NCBI GenBank assembly: GCA_964572515.1
Contig: CAZNEW010000006.1
Location: 33,267 to 97,266 of the forward strand
DNA length: 64,000 nucleotides
Direction: 5' to 3'
Origin: an uncultured Candidatus Obscuribacterales bacterium
GTDB lineage: Bacteria; Cyanobacteriota; Vampirovibrionia; Obscuribacterales; Obscuribacteraceae
In this document: positions 1-12,727 of the stretch, in pieces
Position numbering within the stretch: position 1 is the stretch's first letter
Layout of the letters: every line of letters begins with the position of its first letter
Translations under genes and position numbers: made by a program
Notes under the pieces: generated by a model
Seen by the model: the letters and a program-made list of their open reading frames with translations, nothing else
Database searches by the model: none
Told to the model about the DNA's origin: nothing

Positions 1-1
1 C

Positions 2-301
2 AAGTTGCTGAACAAACTGAATTTAAGTGACAACCCAATAAACGATGACCATATAAAAGTAATTTCGCGATTGAAATTGACAGAACTTGCATTAGTCAAA
101 ACGAATTTGAACTTCAAACAATTATTGATGCTGAGCAATATGAAAACTCTCAAGAAATTGAATATTCAGGACTGCACCAATATTTCTCCGGATCATTTAC
201 TTGAATTCCAGCGCGAATTCAAGTTAAAACACAGACACGAGTGCGCAGTAAAAGTGGGCGCCATCGAAGACGAAATCCTCGAAAGATTTCAAGCTCATTA
301 A
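2..301 (+). CDS. leucine-rich repeat protein, C-terminal fragment (5' end outside window)
   Basis: The ORF is open from the window edge. It has repeated LxxLxL-type units (LNKLNLSDNPI, LTELALVKTNL, LKKLNIQDCTNI). Confidence 0.6.
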   Translation, partial: KLLNKLNLSDNPINDDHIKVISRLKLTELALVKTNLNFKQLLMLSNMKTLKKLNIQDCTNISPDHLLEFQREFKLKHRHECAVKVGAIEDEILERFQAH

Positions 302-403
302 GAGCCATTCATTCTTGTTTCAGACTATCGCAAAAGGGATGACGCCCTTGTAGACTAGGGACCTTCGTTTAAGTGGTCTTTGGACAGTGTGAGGAATTAT
401 TCG

Positions 404-1273
404 ATGCTTGCTAGATTTTCATGCCTTCTTCTGGTTGGCGCTGCTGGGTTCGTACTTGGTGGACTGACTTCTCACCAAGCTGCTAATGCTTGTGAAATGC
501 ACGAGCAGAAAAACAGCAAAAGCACTAATCAAACCTATACGCCACGACAAAAACCTATGGTCATCGCTCATCGCGGTGGAAAAAAATGGGCACCTGAAAA
601 CACCATGGCAGGCTTTAAACAAAGTGTCGATGTTAAAGCAGATGGTATCGAACTAGATATTCACAAATGCAAATCGGGAGAACTGATTGTAATCCATGAT
701 GAAACACTAGACCGCACCACTAATGGAACAGGTCTTGTTAAGGACAAAACCTGGAGCGAATTGAGCAAATTGAGTGCGGGTCTTTGGTTCGACAAAAAAT
801 TCGAATCGGAGCGCATTCCGTTGTTATCCGAAGTGCTCGAACTTGTCGATGGAAAACTGGTTTTGAATATCGAAATCAAAAATTCACCTGTAGCCTACGA
901 AGGCATTGAAGACGACCTGCTCAAAATGCTTGAAGGATACAAGTATCCCGACAAAATAATCATTAGTTCTTTCGACCATGCTGTAATCAAACGTATCAGC
1001 TCCAAAACAGACAAATACAAACTGGCTTTTTTAGGTGACGCGCTTGTTTACGATATCGGGGGCTACGCAAATAAAGTTGGAGCGACAGCCTGGCATCCAT
1101 TTCATGGCGAATTGCGCAGCGACAATGTCGAGCAAGCGCATAACAACAATTTGATGGTCAACGTCTGGACAGTAAATGAAAGCAAAGACTGGAATCGTAT
1201 GAAATCGTTAAAAGTCGACGGCATCGTAACCGATGATCCGGCTGGTCTGATTGATTACTTGAAAACGATGTAG
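404..1273 (+). CDS. glycerophosphodiester phosphodiesterase (GDPD family), probably secreted
   Basis: GDPD N-terminal catalytic motif VIAHRGGKKWAPENT, then IELDIH and VIHDETLDRTTNG. Hydrophobic signal-like N-terminus. The ATG at 404 is preceded by GAGGA. The ORF-track start at 380 is a TTG. Confidence 0.85.
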   Translation: MLARFSCLLLVGAAGFVLGGLTSHQAANACEMHEQKNSKSTNQTYTPRQKPMVIAHRGGKKWAPENTMAGFKQSVDVKADGIELDIHKCKSGELIVIHDETLDRTTNGTGLVKDKTWSELSKLSAGLWFDKKFESERIPLLSEVLELVDGKLVLNIEIKNSPVAYEGIEDDLLKMLEGYKYPDKIIISSFDHAVIKRISSKTDKYKLAFLGDALVYDIGGYANKVGATAWHPFHGELRSDNVEQAHNNNLMVNVWTVNESKDWNRMKSLKVDGIVTDDPAGLIDYLKTM

Positions 1274-1296
1274 CCCGACAAATTCAACCTAATTTC

Positions 1297-1326
1297 AAAA
1301 CCATATCCGTTAACGGATATGGTTTT
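1297..1326. repeat. perfect 30-nt palindrome AAAACCATATCCGTT/AACGGATATGGTTTT (GTTAAC-centred repeat family, copy a); bidirectional terminator-like
   Basis: 15+15 nt perfect inverted repeat flanked by an A-run and a T-run, between convergent genes. Its central TAA is the stop codon of the minus-strand gene 1310..3028. Confidence 0.85.
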
Positions 1327-3028
1327 TGTTAGACACTTCTTGTGGCACCAAATCTTTGCGGCGACTGATTAAAGCCGAATCGTCAGAAAAAATTGTCGTC
1401 CACTGGTCGGGATGATTGCGCGCATACGTTGCTAACTGCGTGTGCTGGGGCAAAAAGATCCAGGCAATTTTATACTGGTCCAAAAGCTTGTCCCATCCGG
1501 TTTGACAATTAGCCATAGTCAAAAAATCAAATACTATTTTGTCTGAATAAATGTCGAAACGAGTATCGATAAAAACCCGAGAATCTCTAGCCAGGTAGTA
1601 AATCATCATGTCGCCAAACTGAGGATCGTTTAAGCCCTGTCCACTAATTTTTTCAAATTCTAAGGCATCACTATGCGCGTGTTCTAAATATCTAATAGCT
1701 TCATATGGCGGAGGAAAACCAAAACTTCCCTGAGGTAAGCGCAACTTGAATAATCCAGATTCCCAAAAGGCACCAAAAGCAACTAATCCGAAAACAAGAC
1801 TTATCATCAATGGCAACAAACTTTTGGATCGTTTTTCTTCAAGCGCAGCTATTACATCCTCTTTTTTACTAGAAAATACAATCGACAAAATCAATGTCAA
1901 TTCAAAAACGCCCAGAATACATGCAAACGGAATCAGCCGCCTCGCCCCAATTCCCATTACAAAAATCATTACTACGACTACACAAGAAAATAAAAGAATT
2001 GGAAATGGCTTTTTTCGATTTAGCTTAACCAGAGAAAAAATTAAAACGCCAAGCATCACGATGGCGAAAGCGAAATACAAAAAATATGTATGACTGAAAA
2101 GTTCAAAAAACGAGAGTGGCTGTAGCTCTTCAACTCGAGAGCCAACAGGAGAAGTGAACAATTTGAATAGATACACCCACAACTCAAATCCCCAGGGATT
2201 CACAAGTGTGCTAAAAGTGCCAAGCCCAAACATCATCCAGACATTTCGTCTCGATTCAGAGTATGACACAATGAAGCTTTGAGTGAGTGCGAACAAAAAT
2301 AGAACGATTAATCCCAGAACAAAACCACAATGCAGATTGCACCACAGAATCATCAATGCACATATTTGAACAACCGACCAAACTGTGACGCGGTGAGTCG
2401 AATCAGCCAGAACAGCTAGTCTTATTCGACTCAAGATGAGCAATTCAAGAGAAAACATGAAAGCAGAAAATAATTCGGGGCGCAGATAATAGTGAAAACT
2501 AGACGCTTGCGCTGCTGCAAGAATTAAAATGGGAACCGACAAAAAACGCTTGGGTGCTAGCAAAAACAAAAGAAGAGGAAAAGCAAGAAACGCCCCTGCG
2601 CATAAAAGTGAGCCCAGAACCATCGGCATTTTGAGCGCGTTGTCACCGTCTAGCGGACGTTGCCATATTTGACTTCGAGCTTCAGGAGACATTGCGGAAA
2701 TTTGCTCATAGGGTATTTTCTCAGACATCGGCATGCGAAATAAATGGTTCATCGAATAGGCACTTGAAAAAACGACTTCTGAAAGCCACTGATAATACAC
2801 ATGTGGCTTGCCATCTGTTCTTTGAGCATTTGCCGAGAATGGATCTTTTTTTGGAATTGCCTTTTCTTTGTTTATTACATGTCCCATCTCGAGCACCCAA
2901 CAAGTGTCTGGGTCTTGAAGGCAAGTGACGCCAAAGCTGATGCCAGCTAAGAAAGAACAAACCAGAAAAACGAAAAGCAGCACCGGAAGTGCTGCTTTTC
3001 TGAATTTCGAATTTGACACAGCGGTCAC
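1310..3028 (-). CDS. polytopic membrane protein with C-terminal soluble domain (function unknown; GT-C-like topology is only a guess)
   Basis: 572-aa ORF with many hydrophobic segments. A GTG start directly follows the stop of the upstream gene. The last codons NKNHIR-stop lie inside palindrome copy a. Confidence 0.6.
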   Translation of the reverse strand: MTAVSNSKFRKAALPVLLFVFLVCSFLAGISFGVTCLQDPDTCWVLEMGHVINKEKAIPKKDPFSANAQRTDGKPHVYYQWLSEVVFSSAYSMNHLFRMPMSEKIPYEQISAMSPEARSQIWQRPLDGDNALKMPMVLGSLLCAGAFLAFPLLLFLLAPKRFLSVPILILAAAQASSFHYYLRPELFSAFMFSLELLILSRIRLAVLADSTHRVTVWSVVQICALMILWCNLHCGFVLGLIVLFLFALTQSFIVSYSESRRNVWMMFGLGTFSTLVNPWGFELWVYLFKLFTSPVGSRVEELQPLSFFELFSHTYFLYFAFAIVMLGVLIFSLVKLNRKKPFPILLFSCVVVVMIFVMGIGARRLIPFACILGVFELTLILSIVFSSKKEDVIAALEEKRSKSLLPLMISLVFGLVAFGAFWESGLFKLRLPQGSFGFPPPYEAIRYLEHAHSDALEFEKISGQGLNDPQFGDMMIYYLARDSRVFIDTRFDIYSDKIVFDFLTMANCQTGWDKLLDQYKIAWIFLPQHTQLATYARNHPDQWTTIFSDDSALISRRKDLVPQEVSNKNHIR

Positions 3029-3688
3029 TTAGTATTTGACCGAACAGCCATAAGGCTTGGTTTCAGACTCTGTAACCGGCTTGCCGCCCAGTGTTTCATC
3101 AAGTGCTTGCTTGACATAATTTTTGGCAGATGCAATTTCGCTCTGTTCCGTTCCGCGTTTATCGTCGATTGCACCTTGATAAACAATCTTGCCGTCTTTA
3201 CCGATTACAAACATATGAGGAGTTGTTTTGGCACCATACAAGCGACCAACATTTCCATCGGTATCGACAAGAACGGCTGCTGGAGAAGATTTCTTATCTT
3301 CGAATGCTTGAACAAATTCAGCATTGGTGGCATGACCTTGTTTGCCCGGAGCGCTTGAATTGATACAAACCCAAAGCACGCCTTTCTTTTCGTAAGCCTC
3401 TTGCAACTTTTGCATATTGCCAGACTCATAGTGTTTTTTGACAAACGGGCAACCAAAATTGAACCACTCAAGAACTATAATCTTGCCAAGATGGTCTTTG
3501 AGTTTCCACATCTTTCCTTTGATGTCTTTGATTGCAAAGTCAGGCGCTTTCTGTCCAACATCTACATGTGAAATTTCGGCTGCAAAACTAGCATCGCGAT
3601 CTTGCCAAAAGAAGTTGGGTACACATAATGCGGCAGTCAAAAGTGCCAGTGCGACTAACTTCTGATTGATTTTGGTTACCGGGTTCAT
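3029..3688 (-). CDS. secreted thioredoxin-fold (redoxin/TlpA-like) protein with single-Cys CPFV motif
   Basis: Signal-like N-terminus. Redoxin pattern IIVLEWFNFGCPFVKKHY ... TTPHMFVIGKDGKIVYQGAIDD. Confidence 0.7.
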   Translation of the reverse strand: MNPVTKINQKLVALALLTAALCVPNFFWQDRDASFAAEISHVDVGQKAPDFAIKDIKGKMWKLKDHLGKIIVLEWFNFGCPFVKKHYESGNMQKLQEAYEKKGVLWVCINSSAPGKQGHATNAEFVQAFEDKKSSPAAVLVDTDGNVGRLYGAKTTPHMFVIGKDGKIVYQGAIDDKRGTEQSEIASAKNYVKQALDETLGGKPVTESETKPYGCSVKY

Positions 3689-3797
3689 GTTCTTGCCTTT
3701 ACTAATAGATGTGACATTCTACACCCACACATATATATAGGAATCAAAATCTAACTTTCGCCCGATTTTATCGGAAATCCACTTTACATCCAACTTC

Positions 3798-3828
3798 AAA
3801 AACCATATCCGTTAACGGTTATGGTTTC
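3798..3828. repeat. GTTAAC-centred palindromic repeat, copy b (one arm mismatch)
   Basis: AAAAACCATATCCGTTAACGGTTATGGTTT. It lies in a divergent intergenic region (start of 3029..3688 on the minus strand, tRNA-Ile on the plus strand). Confidence 0.8.
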
Positions 3829-3975
3829 AAAATCCGAATTATGAATGTGCAAGACCCAAATTTTTGGCAGTTTTGTCGATTTTTCATAACGATGTGAAAA
3901 TATTTTGCCAAAGCAGGGCAAATGATTATTAGCAAGTCGCACGCAGGTGCTACGATTGTGACTTGCCACATGTGC

Positions 3976-4049
<74 letters not shown>

Positions 4050-4061
4050 GTTTCTATTTAG

Positions 4062-4087
4062 TACATCCGTTAACGGTAATGGTTTTT
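4062..4087. repeat. degenerate copy (c) of the GTTAAC-centred palindrome, between the two tRNAs
   Basis: TACATCCGTTAACGGTAATGGTTTTT. The right arm and core are conserved and the left arm is truncated. Confidence 0.6.
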
Positions 4088-4112
4088 CGGTTGGATCTAT
4101 AATAAGAACTGT

Positions 4113-4185
4113 GGGGGATTGGCTCAGTTGGTAGAGCGTCTCGTTTGCACCGAGAAGGTCAGCGGTTCGAATCCGCTATCCTCCA
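4113..4185 (+). tRNA. tRNA-Ala(UGC): tRNA-Ala (anticodon TGC)
   Basis: Acceptor GGGGGAT/ATCCTCC with the G3:U70 wobble (Ala identity element), anticodon loop TTTGCAC, T-arm with GGTTCGAATCC. Confidence 0.95.
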
Positions 4186-4288
4186 AATTTTTAGAACAGA
4201 AAATACAATCATCCTTTCCATAGTCCTTTAGGAGGATATGGAAGAAAACGATATTTGAGAATCTTGTTTCAGCAGGAGAACAAATATC

Positions 4289-4540
4289 GTGGAAGAATGG
4301 GAAAAATTCAGACTTAGATTTTCGAAAGCCGTAAGAGACAGACGAAACGCACTTGGACTTTCACAGGGAGCACTTGCAAAATCGTCTGGATTCAGTCGCT
4401 CTTATATCGCAGATGTTGAGCGCGGGGCACGAAGCATAACGTTGAAAAACGCTTGGCGACTTGCATATTGTTTACAGATTGAACTGGCCGACCTTTTGCC
4501 AACTTCTGAATTAACTTCAGTAGCAGCCCAGTCAGCTTAG
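4289..4540 (+). CDS. XRE-family helix-turn-helix transcriptional regulator
   Basis: HTH_3 pattern LGLSQGALAKSSGFSRSYIADVERGARSITLKNAWRLAYCL. GTG start with AGGAGA about 10 nt upstream. Confidence 0.8.
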   Translation: MEEWEKFRLRFSKAVRDRRNALGLSQGALAKSSGFSRSYIADVERGARSITLKNAWRLAYCLQIELADLLPTSELTSVAAQSA

Positions 4541-4650
4541 TTAAAATTTTGTCAGCAGCGCAGGTCTTCCTGATGAGACTTCTTTCCGGCAAGGTATATT
4601 AGTAATGGCACCAAGGAGTCCATTTTACGGTCGCAACCATTACGGTCTGC

Positions 4651-7059
4651 ATGCCTTCGCAAGCAAAGAATTCAAAGAAGAAATCAACTCGCCAAGAGTT
4701 AAGCAGCGAGCAACTTCGTAAAGTAATCGAAGCATCTCCAAACGGCATCATCATGGTCAATGACCGTGGTGAAATCGTGCTTGTAAATCTGCAAATCGAA
4801 AAATTATTCGGTTACACCCGCGAAAATCTCGTGGGCAAAACCATTGAAATATTGGTGCCTGATTCAGCCAAGGCGATACATCCAAAACAACGCGAAAGCT
4901 TTTTTACAAACCCCAGCACAAGAAGTATGGGTGCTGGTAGAGATTTATTCGGCTTAAAATCGGATGGTTCTTTAATTCCAATTGAAATTGGACTTAATCC
5001 ACTTGACATGCAGGGCGGAAAATTCGTGCTTGCTTCAATAGTCGATATTACTGAGCGAAGAAAGTCAGAACAGGCGCTAATTCAAGCAAAAGAAGAATTA
5101 GAAACCAGAGTGAGCGAGCGCACAAAAGAGCTTAAAAAGGCAAAGGATCAGGCACAGGAAGCCTCGCGACTCAAATCTGAATTTTTAGCCAATATGAGCC
5201 ATGAAATAAGAACACCCATGAATGCTGTAATAGGAATGTGCAATATCCTTTCAAAAACACATCTTGATTCGCGCCAACAACAATACACAGACAATATTCG
5301 CGACGGCGCCAACACTTTGTTGACCATCATCAATGACGTACTCGACTTCAGCAAAATAGAAGCGGGGCATATGGAAATCGAAGCAATCGATTTTGATGTG
5401 GTGCGATTGGTCGAAAGTACTTGCGAAATGCTTGCAGCAGCAGCACGGCACAAAAAACTTTCGGTACTTGCAGAAATTGACGAAGACATTCCATCTCAGC
5501 TAAGAGGGGACCCCGAGCGCCTCAGGCAAATATTAATCAACTTACTTTCAAACGCAATTAAGTTTTCCACTCATGGCAATATCGTTGTAAAAACCAGACT
5601 AGAAAAGGTTCAAGGCTCAAATGCACTGGTCTTTTTCTCTGTTAAAGATGAAGGTATTGGAATAAGCAAAGAGCAATTAGATCGGCTATTCAAACCATTC
5701 GAACAGGCAGACGGTTCTATTAGTCGGCGCTTTGGCGGAACAGGATTGGGTCTTAGCATTTGCAAACGCCTGGTCCAATTGATGAACGGAAACATAGGCG
5801 TAAACAGCACTTCACAAAAAGGCTCAGAGTTTTGGATTCAAGTTCCATTTGAAATTCGATCGGCAAGCAATAAACCATTTCTTCCAGACAGCTTAAGATC
5901 GGCTCGGGTACTGATTGTTGAAGACGATCCTTATGCATCGCAAATTCTAAGCAAATATATTTCTTCCTGGGGGATTCAAAATTCTTGCGCACACACAGCC
6001 AAAGATGCTGTAACAGCCATGAGGCAAGCTTATGTAGAAGAGAAAAAATTCGACATTGTAGTTGTCGATTACATGCTTCCCGACAAAAATGGTATAGAAC
6101 TTGCGCATCAAATTTTTAACGACCCTGCAATTAAAGATGCCAATCTTATTTTGTTGACAGCCTTTGACACCCCAGGCTTGGGCAAGCAAGCTATTGCAAA
6201 TGGTTTCAAAGCTTATTTGACTAAACCAGTCAGACGCTCGAGCTTGCTCGATGCACTGAGCGCTAGCTGGGGCTTCGAGCACCCTATAATCTCGCCCCAA
6301 TCAATAGATGGTGCTGCGGAAGCTCAGTCTAGATTGCCTGACAGAACAGAATTGATCCTGGTAGTCGAAGATTATCCGATTAACCAACAAGTGGCTGAGT
6401 TATACCTTGAACAACTTGGATTCAAGTGCCACATCGCAAATAATGGAATCGAAGCAGTGCATGCAATTAAAAACTACAATTACGCCCTGGTCTTGATGGA
6501 CTGTCAGATGCCAGACATGGACGGCTATGTCGCATCGACAAAAATCAGAGAGCAAGAGGAAAAAGCAAATTTGAAAAAACGAATTCCAATTATTGCTCTT
6601 ACTGCCCACGCGATGGGCGGCGATCGCGAAAAGTGCTTGAACGCCGGAATGGACGATTATCTAGTTAAACCAATTGAGCTTGAGCACTTGCAAACTATGT
6701 TGCAAAAGTGGCTGCCAGAAACAATTCCTTTATATATAGATGTGGTTCGCATAAATTCCAAATATGGCAAGGCCGCCCAAACCTTGCTGGAGCGCTATTT
6801 GAAAGATGCCCCTCCAGTGCTCAAAGAAATTCTTGACAGTTTTCAAGTTGACGATCGCTTGACTTTTCAACGATCTCTGCACGGATTAAAAGGCATAAGC
6901 ACTACAGTTTGCGCCAAAGTCCTCGTTGACCGGTGCGTACAAATTGAAAATGCTTCCTACGATCAAAAATGGAACGAAGTGCGTGAGCAGGTTCGTAAGC
7001 TAGAGACAGAAATGGCAGAAACACTGGCTTTTATCGATTCCAAAAACCTAAACCGTTAA
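4651..7059 (+). CDS. hybrid sensor histidine kinase (PAS - HisKA - HATPase_c - REC - REC - HPt)
   Basis: H-box FLANMSHEIRTPMNAVIG, G-box GGTGLGLSICKRL, two receiver domains (VVVDYMLPDKNG; LMDCQMPDMDG), HPt motif LHGLKGISTTV. The last codons KNLNR-stop lie inside palindrome copy d. Confidence 0.9.
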   Translation: MPSQAKNSKKKSTRQELSSEQLRKVIEASPNGIIMVNDRGEIVLVNLQIEKLFGYTRENLVGKTIEILVPDSAKAIHPKQRESFFTNPSTRSMGAGRDLFGLKSDGSLIPIEIGLNPLDMQGGKFVLASIVDITERRKSEQALIQAKEELETRVSERTKELKKAKDQAQEASRLKSEFLANMSHEIRTPMNAVIGMCNILSKTHLDSRQQQYTDNIRDGANTLLTIINDVLDFSKIEAGHMEIEAIDFDVVRLVESTCEMLAAAARHKKLSVLAEIDEDIPSQLRGDPERLRQILINLLSNAIKFSTHGNIVVKTRLEKVQGSNALVFFSVKDEGIGISKEQLDRLFKPFEQADGSISRRFGGTGLGLSICKRLVQLMNGNIGVNSTSQKGSEFWIQVPFEIRSASNKPFLPDSLRSARVLIVEDDPYASQILSKYISSWGIQNSCAHTAKDAVTAMRQAYVEEKKFDIVVVDYMLPDKNGIELAHQIFNDPAIKDANLILLTAFDTPGLGKQAIANGFKAYLTKPVRRSSLLDALSASWGFEHPIISPQSIDGAAEAQSRLPDRTELILVVEDYPINQQVAELYLEQLGFKCHIANNGIEAVHAIKNYNYALVLMDCQMPDMDGYVASTKIREQEEKANLKKRIPIIALTAHAMGGDREKCLNAGMDDYLVKPIELEHLQTMLQKWLPETIPLYIDVVRINSKYGKAAQTLLERYLKDAPPVLKEILDSFQVDDRLTFQRSLHGLKGISTTVCAKVLVDRCVQIENASYDQKWNEVREQVRKLETEMAETLAFIDSKNLNR

Positions 7060-7070
7060 CGGTTTAGGTT
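7042..7070. repeat. GTTAAC-centred palindromic repeat, copy d (arms CCTAAACCG/CGGTTTAGG)
   Basis: AAAAACCTAAACCGTTAACGGTTTAGGTT. Its central TAA (7057-7059) is the stop codon of the histidine kinase gene. It sits between the kinase and the 23S leader. Confidence 0.85.
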
Positions 7071-7299
7071 CTCCATATAGAGAGGAATATAAATAGGAAT
7101 AAGACTTTCATTGTCAAGATAATACCCAAAACGCACAGCCCGTGCCGAATAAAGATATTGATTACAAGAGAGTTACATATCGGATACAAATAGGTGAAAC
7201 ATGGAGTGGTATCTGATACTATTGTATTTCTGGTGATGCAACACATCTGATTGATGTATGTTTCACCACCGACTGCAAAAGCGGTCGGAAAAAAATTGT

Positions 7300-7347
7300 G
7301 TACCCTGAAAACTGCATATTGAGAATCCGTATCCACATTTATACCAA
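7300..7347 (+). promoter_or_regulatory. 23S rRNA leader strand of the long-range processing stem
   Basis: GTACCCTGAAAACTGCATATTGAGAAT (7300-7326) is complementary to 10454-10480, with 1 mismatch and 1 G:U. TATCCAC and ATACCAA in 7327-7347 pair with 10411-10433. Confidence 0.75.
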
Positions 7348-7430
7348 TGTTTTGGATTGATACAAATTCAATCCGCTTATCCAGATGCACTAAGAGAACT
7401 GTCCTGGTTCGAAGTGACATCCTGGATTTT

Positions 7431-10394
<2,964 letters not shown>

Positions 10395-10410
10395 AATAAA
10401 ACAGATTTAT

Positions 10411-10480
10411 TTGGTATTTAAGTGGATAACCCGAAATTCAATTCGAAATTTCAATTCTCAATGTGCAGTTTTCAGGGCAC
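10411..10480 (+). promoter_or_regulatory. 23S rRNA trailer strand of the processing stem
   Basis: TTGGTATTTAAGTGGATAACCCG and ATTCTCAATGTGCAGTTTTCAGGGCAC are reverse-complementary to leader 7300-7347. Confidence 0.75.
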
Positions 10481-10527
10481 GCAGAGTGATTCTTCACGAA
10501 TCACACGCGCGAGCGACCTGACACCTT

Positions 10528-10644
10528 TCTTGGTGCCAAAGCGTCTGGAACACACCCGTTCCCATTCCGAACACGAAGGTAAAGACGGACAGCAGCGACA
10601 ATACTTGGTGGGAGACTGCCTGGAAAGATAGCCCGGTGCCAGGA
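10528..10644 (+). rRNA. rrf: 5S ribosomal RNA
   Basis: Helix I TCTTGGTGCC/GGTGCCAGGA. Conserved CCCGTTCCCATTCCGAACACGAAG core. About 117 nt. Confidence 0.9.
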
Positions 10645-10650
10645 TTTATA

Positions 10651-10682
10651 AAAACCCTCTGTTAATAGCGGAGGGTTTTTTA
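10651..10682 (+). terminator. rho-independent terminator of the 23S-5S unit
   Basis: AAAACCCTC-TGTTAATAGCG-GAGGGTTTTTT: GC-rich stem followed by a T-run immediately after 5S. Confidence 0.8.
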
Positions 10683-10732
10683 TTGCTCTTTTTCAGATGA
10701 ATGCTTGAACTTGCTTCTTGGACTAGTGGACC

Positions 10733-11053
10733 TTACGGCGTTTCGCCTATGCCAAGAAATTGTTGAGTCACAACTCTACCGCCGGTCATATTTGTAATCA
10801 ACGATCCTATAGTGTAAATGGGTCCCCAAGGGATTCCCCACCATCCAAAAATGAATGAAATAAGTGAAAAAACAAGTCCTTTAAAAAATGCAGATTCGCC
10901 GGCACGAATGAAATAGATGTCGCTGGATCGCTTGAAAGTCATTATCAATACAGAGATTGTGTAATCAAAAACAACAAGCTTTGCACCTTGCTCAAGTTGA
11001 TGATTCATTTCTTCTTGGGATAAACCTTCCACTCCATGTATTTTCATCACCAC
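10733..11053 (-). CDS. small hypothetical membrane protein
   Basis: 106-aa ORF with a C-terminal hydrophobic segment (FSLISFIFGWWGIPWGPIY). No recognised family. Confidence 0.5.
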   Translation of the reverse strand: MVMKIHGVEGLSQEEMNHQLEQGAKLVVFDYTISVLIMTFKRSSDIYFIRAGESAFFKGLVFSLISFIFGWWGIPWGPIYTIGSLITNMTGGRVVTQQFLGIGETP

Positions 11054-11191
11054 CTCACAACTGAAGCAACTTTTGCCAGCTTAACATCATCACAAATTTT
11101 CGCTCATTAAAATTGAAAATGTTAAATTGGACATATCAAAACGTGGCTTAAATAGCACAAAATAATAGCAACCCTTCAAGAGCAATCAAAG

Positions 11192-12226
11192 ATGCAAATC
11201 AAATCAGTTGAATCCTTCAGAAAAGCTTCTGCGAAAAAATTGAAAATTTATGGTGCCCTGTTCGTTGCGGTTGTTATCGGATTTGCAATTTTCAACTACC
11301 GGTATGCATACAACTGTTACTCGGGTCCATTTCAATTAAACGCAGAGGACCTGAGACCGCTTAAGAAGGCGAGCCACTCTTGGAAATATTTTGTGACTCT
11401 TACGGGCTCACAACCGGCTGTCTTGACACCATATACGATGAATAGTATTCGCAAGAATAAATACACAGGCAAAGTAAAATCGGTAACAGTGACAGATTAC
11501 TTTCTCTTGCTTCCGCTGCCAGACAACGCGCTTATGCTAGTCAAATCTCCATACGAAAAAACTTCTACATCTTACACTGGCAAACTAGTCGATATGGATG
11601 AAGAAATCAAAAACAATTTGACCAAAGAACTGGAAGGAGTTAGACCAGGCATAAGCAAATATATATTGCCTGTGATGCTCGAAGAAACAGGATCTTTCAA
11701 AGGCGCCCTCTATCTTCTATTCATCGTAATAGCCCTTTTCCTCGGTTTTGCATTTTTAGTTTTTTGGAAATCTGCCACTCTCTCCAAGGAAGTAACAAAC
11801 AGTATTCTTGCAAAAGAACTTGCAGCAGAAGGCAACCCTAGAGATTTGATTCTGCAAATTGATCAAGAGCTTTTGGCTTCCGGGATACAAGAAACCGATG
11901 CGGGCACCGTCGCAGTACTCAAAGATCGCATTTTGTATGAAAAAGACTATGATCTTGCGACTATTAAATACTCAGACCTTGTGTGGGTTTATGGATTCGA
12001 GACTTCAAAATATAAAGCACTTATTTTATGCACTAAAGACAAGAAGAAAATCACCCTTAAAGACAAGAACGTCAATAATATAAATCTTGCAGTACACGCA
12101 ATTTCCTCGAAAGCCCCATGGATCCTTAGTGGATACTCGGGCAAAATGGATCTTTCCTGGCAGGCGAAACCAAATGACTTGATTCAAGAAGTTGAATCAA
12201 AAGAAAAAGAATTCAAACGTTCCTGA
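11192..12226 (+). CDS. hypothetical membrane protein
   Basis: 344-aa ORF with two hydrophobic helices (IYGALFVAVVIGFAIF; ALYLLFIVIALFLGFAFLVFW). No recognised motif. Confidence 0.6.
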   Translation: MQIKSVESFRKASAKKLKIYGALFVAVVIGFAIFNYRYAYNCYSGPFQLNAEDLRPLKKASHSWKYFVTLTGSQPAVLTPYTMNSIRKNKYTGKVKSVTVTDYFLLLPLPDNALMLVKSPYEKTSTSYTGKLVDMDEEIKNNLTKELEGVRPGISKYILPVMLEETGSFKGALYLLFIVIALFLGFAFLVFWKSATLSKEVTNSILAKELAAEGNPRDLILQIDQELLASGIQETDAGTVAVLKDRILYEKDYDLATIKYSDLVWVYGFETSKYKALILCTKDKKKITLKDKNVNNINLAVHAISSKAPWILSGYSGKMDLSWQAKPNDLIQEVESKEKEFKRS

Positions 12227-12235
12227 CCATTCTCA

Positions 12236-12265
12236 AATGAAAAGCGGAACCCCCGAGAGTTCCGC
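12236..12265 (-). terminator. rho-independent terminator for the minus-strand gene 12320..12727
   Basis: On the minus strand: GCGGAAC-TCTCGGGG-GTTCCGC followed by TTTTCATTT. Confidence 0.7.
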
Positions 12266-12319
12266 CTTCTGGTTAGTGGGAGGAGCGAACAAAGTTCGAG
12301 GCGTCAATGACGCCAAATT

Positions 12320-12727
12320 CTAGATACCGAGTGAATTTATTCTTTCAAGTCTTTTATTCAAGTAAGCAACTTTTGACTTAGCCCGTGCGTAGGCACGAGG
12401 CGAAAGTGTTCCCTGATTCATACGATAGTTTTGATCATATATTTCTCGAACTATACGAAGACGTTCATCATCGATGCGAGCTTTATATGAGGGACTACAA
12501 GTAACTACCGAAGCTGTAGCTGCGGGTGTTGCAGCAGGTGGAGGCGTAACCGGGGTAGCAGCAGCCTGTGCGGCTGCGGCAGCATCAGCAGCTTGCTGAT
12601 TTATAAGATTCTGCATCGCCACGATGTTCAAATATTTTTCCATAGAATTGGCTTCGGCTGGTGCGTATGAAGTTGCAGCCATGGTAAAAGACATGATACC
12701 AAGTGTGGTGATTGACTTAAGATTCAT
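12320..12727 (-). CDS. secreted Ala/Pro-rich hypothetical protein
   Basis: Start chosen at MNLKSITTLGIMSFTMAATSYAPAEA (signal-peptide-like). The ORF track extends to 12805. Confidence 0.55.
   Translation of the reverse strand: MNLKSITTLGIMSFTMAATSYAPAEANSMEKYLNIVAMQNLINQQAADAAAAAQAAATPVTPPPAATPAATASVVTCSPSYKARIDDERLRIVREIYDQNYRMNQGTLSPRAYARAKSKVAYLNKRLERINSLGI

Noticed and set aside
7064-7420. 118-aa minus-strand ORF between the histidine kinase gene and the 23S.
   Set aside because: It covers the 23S leader, including the processing-stem strand. It has no RBS or recognisable motif. I treat it as non-coding.
10651-10682. The 5S terminator as a sixth member of the palindromic repeat family (A-run, hairpin with TTAA-containing centre, T-run).
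   Set aside because: It lacks the CCGTTAACGG core and the shared arm pattern. I treat it as an ordinary intrinsic terminator.
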